DNA of 64,000 nt from an uncultured Gemmatimonadaceae bacterium (lineage in GTDB: Bacteria > Gemmatimonadota > Gemmatimonadetes > Gemmatimonadales > Gemmatimonadaceae), in assembly GCA_963790305.1 (NCBI GenBank), contig CAWBOC010000005.1, positions 672,001-736,000 of the forward strand, given 5' to 3'. Below, in pieces: positions 58,254 through 64,000 of this stretch. Every line of letters begins with the position of its first letter. Positions within the stretch are counted from its first letter, which is position 1. The notes under the pieces are model-generated. The model saw only the letters and a list, made by a program, of their open reading frames with translations, searched no databases and was not told where the DNA came from. A program made the translations under genes and the position numbers.

Positions 58254-59569
58254 TCGCGCAGCACCATTCGCATTCCATACCGGGTTCTCAGCGTAATCAT
58301 CGGCTTCATCGCCACGCGCTGACCGGGAGCGAGCTCCACACGCCAGCGCTGCGCGAGCGTCGCCAGCACCAGCATCCCCTCCGTCCACGCGAACTGATCG
58401 CCGATGCACATCCGCGTGCCGCCGCCGAAGGGGAAATAGGAGAACTTGGGCCGAGACGCTTGTGCCTCTGGCGTCCATCGACTCGGGTCAAAGCGCTCCG
58501 GGTCCGGGAACCAACGCGCATCGCGCTGCGTCACGAGGGGGCTCACCACGACGAGTGATCTCGCCGGGATCGTGACGCCGGCCACCTCGTACTGCTCGAG
58601 CGCTTGCCGCCCAATCGCGTATGCCGGCGGGTAGAGCCGCATCGACTCCGAGAACACCATGCGCGTGTAGGAAAGGGCGGCGAGATCCTCGACGGTGGCA
58701 CGACGGTCACCGAGGACACGATCGATCTCCTCGTGGAGCCGTGCTTCGACGTCCGGATGCTGCGAGAGCAGATACCACGTCCACGTGAGCGCGTTGGCGG
58801 TGGTTTCATGACCGGCGAGAAACAGGGTCATCGCCTCGTCGCGCACCTGCTCGTCCGTCATGCCACCCCCGTCCCCCTCCGGGTCCTGCGCCGACAGCAG
58901 CATCGACAGCAGATCCCCACGTGCGTGCCCCCGCGCGAGCTCCGAGCGGCGCTCGGCGATGAGGCGATAGATGGTCGCGTCCAACCGCCCGCGAGCGCGA
59001 GCGAATCGACGCGTGTGAGGAAGCGGAAGCCGGTCGAGCAGCTGCATGCCGGGAATGAACACGGTCTGGAACAGCTCCAGCACGTCGGTCAGCGCGCCCC
59101 CAATCTCGTCTGCTTCCGCGTCGACGTCGGCGTCGAACAGCGTGCGCGCGACGATGGCGAGCGTGAGCGCCATCATCTCGTGATCCATGTCGACCGTGCC
59201 GCCATCACGCCAGCGGTTGCCAGCGATCCAGGCGCGATCGACCATGATGCGCGCGTATTCGGCGATTCGCTGGCGGTGAAAGGCCGGCTGCACCAGACGC
59301 CGCTGTCTCAGGTGGAAGTCCCCCTCGCTCGTCAGAAGTCCCTCGCCGAACAGGATCTTCGCGCGCTGGAGGACGTGCCCTTTCATGAACGTGCGCTGGT
59401 GCGTGACGAGCACGTCGCGCACATGGTCGGGGTGTGCGAGGAGGTGGACGCGAAGGTTGCCCAGCCGCGCGCGCGCAACGTCTCCCTGGTCGCGATGCAG
59501 GCCGAGGAGAAACCCTGCGAGATCGCGTCGCGCTCGCACGACGTTGGTGAGACCGGCAAGAAGTCCCAT
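58145..59569 (-). CDS. Cytochrome P450 (true stop probably TAG at 58251-53; as written it reads into the repeat)
   Basis: [21 protein letters not shown], heme motif [10 protein letters not shown]. Confidence 0.93.
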   Translation of the reverse strand: MGLLAGLTNVVRARRDLAGFLLGLHRDQGDVARARLGNLRVHLLAHPDHVRDVLVTHQRTFMKGHVLQRAKILFGEGLLTSEGDFHLRQRRLVQPAFHRQRIAEYARIMVDRAWIAGNRWRDGGTVDMDHEMMALTLAIVARTLFDADVDAEADEIGGALTDVLELFQTVFIPGMQLLDRLPLPHTRRFARARGRLDATIYRLIAERRSELARGHARGDLLSMLLSAQDPEGDGGGMTDEQVRDEAMTLFLAGHETTANALTWTWYLLSQHPDVEARLHEEIDRVLGDRRATVEDLAALSYTRMVFSESMRLYPPAYAIGRQALEQYEVAGVTIPARSLVVVSPLVTQRDARWFPDPERFDPSRWTPEAQASRPKFSYFPFGGGTRMCIGDQFAWTEGMLVLATLAQRWRVELAPGQRVAMKPMITLRTRYGMRMVLRDRGQESGVRGQGVAGERLQELREQSPRTFTLTPPDP

Positions 59570-59662
59570 GGCACATGTATGCAGCGAGAGCGGGTCGCGC
59601 GCCAACCCCTTGGCCTGCGGGCCCGCGACAACTAGAATCGGGGCACCTACTTCACCGTCGCC

Positions 59663-59890
59663 ATGGCCAATCGCGCACGCATACCGCTCCTCGTCGTCGG
59701 ATGGCTGATCGTCATCGGCCTGCTCGTCGCCACGTTCATCTTCTACGGCGGGACGCGGTTGTCGCAGCCGCACCGGCTCACCGGATTCCCGCGGATGCCC
59801 CTGTACGGCGCGATCACCTGGTGGTTCTTCCTCGCCATCCCGATGATCGGTCTCACGTACGGCGCGTTCAACGAGTGGCGAAAGAAATGA
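59663..59890 (+). CDS. Small two-TM membrane protein, 75 aa
   Basis: Two hydrophobic segments; followed by an intrinsic terminator. Confidence 0.6.
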   Translation: MANRARIPLLVVGWLIVIGLLVATFIFYGGTRLSQPHRLTGFPRMPLYGAITWWFFLAIPMIGLTYGAFNEWRKK

Positions 59891-59920
59891 GGCTGTTGCG
59901 GTTAGACTGAGTGACTCGAA

Positions 59921-59952
59921 TCCCCGGCAGTGTCGCTGCCGGGGGTTTTTTT
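59921..59952 (+). terminator. Rho-independent terminator
   Basis: CCCCGGCAG-TGTCG-CTGCCGGGG followed by a T7 tract. Confidence 0.85.
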
Positions 59953-60010
59953 CTGAATACGGCCGCGCCGGAACTTTTCCGACGGCTGCCCGTTGAGTCT
60001 CACACGCGGT

Positions 60011-60084
60011 TGTAGGTACGCACTTGCTCTGACAGGCCTCGAAAGCAAGTACTCACTTGCTTACACACTTGTTTCCGGTAGACT
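60011..60084 (+). promoter_or_regulatory. TetR operator(s) overlapping a probable leaderless promoter
   Basis: Perfect IR AAGCAAGT-ACTC-ACTTGCTT (60043-62) with a degenerate copy at 60011-28; TTGCTT-16-TAGACT-7-ATG. Confidence 0.65.
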
Positions 60085-60091
60085 CGGCCCC

Positions 60092-60745
60092 ATGAACTCC
60101 ATTCGTGAACGCCTCCTCAATGCCGCCGCCCGCGTCTACGCCGAAACAGGCTACCGCGGCGCCACCACTCGGCGCATCGCCCAGGAGGCCGGCGTCAACG
60201 AGATCACGCTCTTCCGGCACTTCGGGTCGAAGACCACGCTGATCCTCGAGGCCGTCCGCCAGGCCAACCTCCGCAGCGACTGCCCGACCGTTCCGGCTTC
60301 GCCCGGAGAACCGGTGACCGAGATCCGAACGTGGGTGCGCGGGGAGCTCCGGCATCTCACCCAGCTGCGCTCGATCATTCGCACCAGCCTCGGCGAAGTC
60401 GAGGAGCGTCCCGAGATCCTTCCCCTCATCGGCGAAAAGCCGCGCGATGTGATCCTCGGGCTCTCGGCGTACGTGGAGCAGCTCCAGCACGAAGGCAGAG
60501 CATCGGTCGACATCGATGCGCGCACCGCCGCGCTGACCTTTTTCGGGACGCTCTTCGCCGACGCGATGGGTCGCGACGTGATGCCCGAGCTCTATCACGA
60601 TTCGCTCGATGAGTCGGCCGATCGATACGCGAGCGTCTTTCTCCGCTCGATCGGTGTGTCGGAGGAAGCAGGTGATGGACTCCGCGCCACCAACGGTCGG
60701 CTCCATCGGAGGAAGGGGAGGGTACGCGGTGCCGTCGCTCCGTGA
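60092..60745 (+). CDS. TetR/AcrR-family transcriptional regulator
   Basis: RERLLNAAARVYAETGYRGATTRRIAQEAGVNEITLFRHFGSK. Confidence 0.93.
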   Translation: MNSIRERLLNAAARVYAETGYRGATTRRIAQEAGVNEITLFRHFGSKTTLILEAVRQANLRSDCPTVPASPGEPVTEIRTWVRGELRHLTQLRSIIRTSLGEVEERPEILPLIGEKPRDVILGLSAYVEQLQHEGRASVDIDARTAALTFFGTLFADAMGRDVMPELYHDSLDESADRYASVFLRSIGVSEEAGDGLRATNGRLHRRKGRVRGAVAP

Positions 60746-60773
60746 CTTTCAGATTTCCAGAACCAGGATCTCG

Positions 60774-62412
60774 ATGATGTCTCGTACAACGACTCTTTCG
60801 GTCCTCGCCGCGCTCACACTGGGAAGCGCGTCGCTCGAGGCACAGCAAACCGCGACCGGCCGTCAGCTCTCGCTGGAGGAAGCGCTTCGCATTGCGGAGA
60901 CGGCGAGTGAAGACGTCGGTATCGCTCGCGCCGCGGCGGATCGCGCGCACGGTGAGCAGATGCGCGCGCGCAGCGAGCTCTTTCCGCAAGTCTTCGCGTC
61001 GCTCGGCTACACCCGAACGCTCGCGTCGCAGTTCGAGGACATCGCCGAGAATCTGCCGCCGCGGAATCCGCAGGCGCTCGATCCGATCGACGACAATCCG
61101 AACGACGCGTTCGGACCGACGTGCTTCAACTATCTCGATCCCGGCGGAACGACCACCGAACGCCTGGCCGGTCTGGAGAACGCCGCTCGCTGCACGAGCG
61201 CCGGTTTTGATTTCGCCGCCCTGCCGTTCGGCCAGCGGAACAACTGGACGCTCGGACTGGATGTTCAGCAGACGCTGTTCGCCGGCGGGCGTGTGACCGC
61301 CCAGACGCGCATGGCGGGCGCCGGTCGCCGCATCGCCGAGACGTCGCTCGCGTCCACGCGCGCGCAGCTCGTGCTCAACGTGATCGAGGCCTACTACGAT
61401 GCGGCCCTCGCCGATCGCCTCGTCTCGATCGCGGTGTCGACGCTCGAGCAGGCCGAAACGACGCTGCGTCACACGCAGCTCGCGCGGCAGGTGGGGAATC
61501 AGCCCGAGTTCGAGCTGCTGCGCGCGACCGTCTCGCGTGACAACCAGCGCCCCATACTCATTCAGCGGCAATCCGATCGCGACATCGCGCTCATGCGGCT
61601 CAAGCAGCTGCTCAACCTCCCGCTCGATGCGCCGCTGACGTTGACGACGCCCCTCGACGACACGACCGCCGCGATCCCGGCGCGCCTGACGAGCGGACCG
61701 CTGACGCGCTCGGACTCCGTCGTGCCGTCCGACCGCGCGCCGGTTCGTCAGGCAGCCGAGGCGGTCGAGGTCAGTGCCAATGCGCTGCGCATCGCGCGGT
61801 CGCAGCGGCTGCCTCAGGTCAACGTCAACATGCAGTACGGGCGAGTCGCCTATCCGCAGACGGGCCTGCCCGGTCTGGAACGACTTCAGCACCAACTGGA
61901 CGGTGGGCGTGGCGTTGCAGGTTCCGCTCTTCACCGGTGGACGCATCACGGGCGATGTGCGCGTGGCGCAGGCAGATCTCGAGGAGGCACGGTACCGCCT
62001 GACCCAGGCGCGTGAGCTGTCCGAGCTCGACTCGTACGCGGCGATGGCGCGGCTCGAGGCAGCGGAGGCGTCGTTCGCCGCGAGCGCCGGAACGGCGCAG
62101 CAGGCCGCGCGCGCGTATCAGATCGCCGAGATCCGCTATCGCGAGGGGATTTCGACGCAGGTCGAGTTGTCCGATTCCCGGATTCTGCTCGAGCAAGCGT
62201 CCGCCAACCGTGCGCTCTCCGCGCGTGACCTGGCGGTTGCTCGGGCGCGCGTCGCGCTGTTGCGCGACCTCCCGTTCGGCGCGATCGGGGCGCCCTCGTC
62301 AGGCGCTCCCATGACCCAACCGCAAGCGCAGCAGCAACGGCCGTCCGCACCCCAACGCCCCCAGCAGGCGGCGGCACTCACTGGAAGTCAGCCCGGAGCC
62401 TTCGCCCCATGA
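60774..62412 (+). CDS. TolC-family outer membrane protein; frameshift ~61870
   Basis: Signal peptide; LSLEEALRIA, QTLFAGG; LQVPLFTGG and IRYREG in ORF 61774..62412. Confidence 0.88.
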
Positions 62413-63524
62413 GTCCCCAGCGCCCACTCATCCAAGGAACTCTCCTCGTTGCCCTCACGCTGGCCGCGATGACGGGTTGTCGCCGCGATAACGAAGCGAG
62501 CGCAGAGGAGAACGCGACGCCGGTCATCGACGTCGGGGTGGAGAACATCGCGGTCGCCGAGCAGACGATGCTGCGCGTTGGGCCGCTGCTTTCGGGATCG
62601 CTGCAGGCAGCTCGCGAGGCGGATGTCCGCGCGGAGATCACCGGGACCGTCGTCCAGTCACTGGCCGACAACGGACAGGCTGTGCAGAAAGGACAGCTGC
62701 TCGCGCGCATCGACGATACGGCGATTCGCGATCAATGGCTCTCGGCGAGGTCGCTGGTGACGGCGGCGCAGAACGCGGCGAACGTGGCGCGTCGCGACGA
62801 GGAGCGGTCGAAACGACTCGCCGAAGCCGGCGCGATCGCCGAACGTGAGCTCGACGCCGCTCGTCAGGCGCGGATTGCCGCCGAGGCGCAGCTCGAGGAC
62901 GCCCGTGCGCGCCTCTCGCTCGCGCAGCGGCAGCTCGACAACACGCAGATCCGTGCTCCGTTCGCGGGACTGGTGAGCGAGCGTGCGGCGAGCGCCGGCG
63001 ATGTCATGCAGCCGGGGTCGCAGATGTTCACGATCGTGGACCCATCGAGCATGCGGCTGGAAGCATCGGTGCCCGCCGAGGCATTGACGGCGCTGCGCGT
63101 CGGCGATCCGGTGGAGTTCTCCGTCAACGCGTATCCGGATCGCACCTTCACCGGTCGTGTCGAGCGGATCAGTCCGGCCGCCGACCCGACCACCCGGCAG
63201 GTGCGCATCTACGTCGCGATTCCGAACGTCGGCGGCCGCCTCGTCGCGGGCTTGTTCGCGGAGGGTCGCGTGGCCACGGATGCGCGCAGCGCCGTGGTCG
63301 CGCCAGAGAACGCCGTGGACGTGCGCGGGATTCGCCCGACCGTGGTGCGAGTGAAGAACGGGCGGGCGGAGCGCGTGGAGGTCGTTCTCGGTCTGGAGGA
63401 CGACGCGAGCGAGCGCGTGGAGATCCGCAGTGGATTGGCGGCCGGTGACACGCTGCTGGTCGGGGCCGCGTTAGGCGTCACACCCGGATCGCAAGTGCGT
63501 GTGAAGCCAGTCAGCGATCAGTAG
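62409..63524 (+). CDS. RND efflux periplasmic adaptor lipoprotein
   Basis: Lipobox MTGC; VQKGQLLARID, IRAPFAG, ISPAADPTTR. Confidence 0.92.
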   Translation: MSPQRPLIQGTLLVALTLAAMTGCRRDNEASAEENATPVIDVGVENIAVAEQTMLRVGPLLSGSLQAAREADVRAEITGTVVQSLADNGQAVQKGQLLARIDDTAIRDQWLSARSLVTAAQNAANVARRDEERSKRLAEAGAIAERELDAARQARIAAEAQLEDARARLSLAQRQLDNTQIRAPFAGLVSERAASAGDVMQPGSQMFTIVDPSSMRLEASVPAEALTALRVGDPVEFSVNAYPDRTFTGRVERISPAADPTTRQVRIYVAIPNVGGRLVAGLFAEGRVATDARSAVVAPENAVDVRGIRPTVVRVKNGRAERVEVVLGLEDDASERVEIRSGLAAGDTLLVGAALGVTPGSQVRVKPVSDQ

Positions 63525-63553
63525 GGCCGCGCACTCAACCGAACGAGTATCCC

Positions 63554-64000
63554 ATGGTCATTTCCGATTTTGCCATCAAGCGCCCCATCATCACCGTCGT
63601 CAGCATGCTGGCGCTGGCGATCTTCGGCATCTTCGCGCTGATGCGGTTGCAGACCGACGAGTTCCCCGATGTGGCACCGCCCGTCGTCACCGTTGGTCTG
63701 ATCTATCCTGGCGCATCGCCGGACGGCGTCGAGCGTGAAGTCCTCGATCCCGTGGAAGAGGCGATCTCCTCGATCTCCGGCGTGAAGAAGGTCTGGGGGA
63801 GAGCGGAGGACGGGTTCGGCAGCGTCGTCATCGAGTTCGAGTTCGCCAAGCCTCTGGCGGAAGCGACGCAGGACATTCGTGACGCCATTTCCGGCATCCG
63901 AGCCGATCTGCCGACGGAGCTGGAAGAGCCGATCATCCGGAAGTTCAACGACACGGACCTGCCGATCGTCTCGCTCGCGCTCTCGTCGACGTCGCTGACG
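63554..64000 (+). CDS. RND efflux permease (AcrB family), truncated by the window end
   Basis: MVISDFAIKRPIITVVSMLAL..DEFPDVAPPVVTV..YPGASP..VEEAI, translated by hand. Confidence 0.9.
   Translation, partial: MVISDFAIKRPIITVVSMLALAIFGIFALMRLQTDEFPDVAPPVVTVGLIYPGASPDGVEREVLDPVEEAISSISGVKKVWGRAEDGFGSVVIEFEFAKPLAEATQDIRDAISGIRADLPTELEEPIIRKFNDTDLPIVSLALSSTSLT

Noticed and set aside
59890..59952. tRNA-like GACTCGAATCCCC
   Set aside because: No cloverleaf; the GC stem and T tract fit an intrinsic terminator. No selC or other tRNA was seen in the window
7245..60745. Other TGA stops as possible Sec codons (tolC, infA, rpsU, kinase at 31170, PLP enzyme, tag, TetR)
   Set aside because: They fall at the expected C-termini with no domain continuation that I could see
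271..62412. Programmed ribosomal frameshifting at split genes
   Set aside because: No consistent slippery sites; unrelated gene families are affected; assembly indels are the simpler explanation

Overview
High-GC chromosomal window with about 45 CDSs. The gene content suggests Gemmatimonadota (inference: TPR Ser/Thr kinase, DUF885, M14/S9/M19 peptidases, TolB-like amidohydrolase, DUF4142). It holds a YbhG/F/S/R-like ABC exporter with TolC, several secreted peptidases and lipoproteins, infA, deaD-rpsU, a Fur-box-preceded TonB-dependent receptor, a LytS/LytTR pair, a P450, and the start of a TetR-TolC-MFP-RND efflux operon. I saw no rRNA, tRNA, CRISPR array or transposase. About 17 frameshifts, 9 of them in the first 5.5 kb, are probably assembly indels. 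The best finding is an apparent selenoprotein: a CPA1/NhaP-type cation:proton antiporter fused to a rhodanese domain. Its TGA at 25088-25090 sits in the active-site loop (YCA-U-PDEATSAR), is followed by a SECIS-like hairpin, and reads on for 41 codons that complete the domain. Second is a dense set of about 16 intergenic palindromic elements with 7- or 9-bp tandem-repeat arms. The main family is bounded by TA and usually abuts TAG stop codons, two copies share a branched core with a compensatory base-pair change, and one element appears to encode a lipoprotein signal peptide. All product calls come from motif recognition, not database searches.
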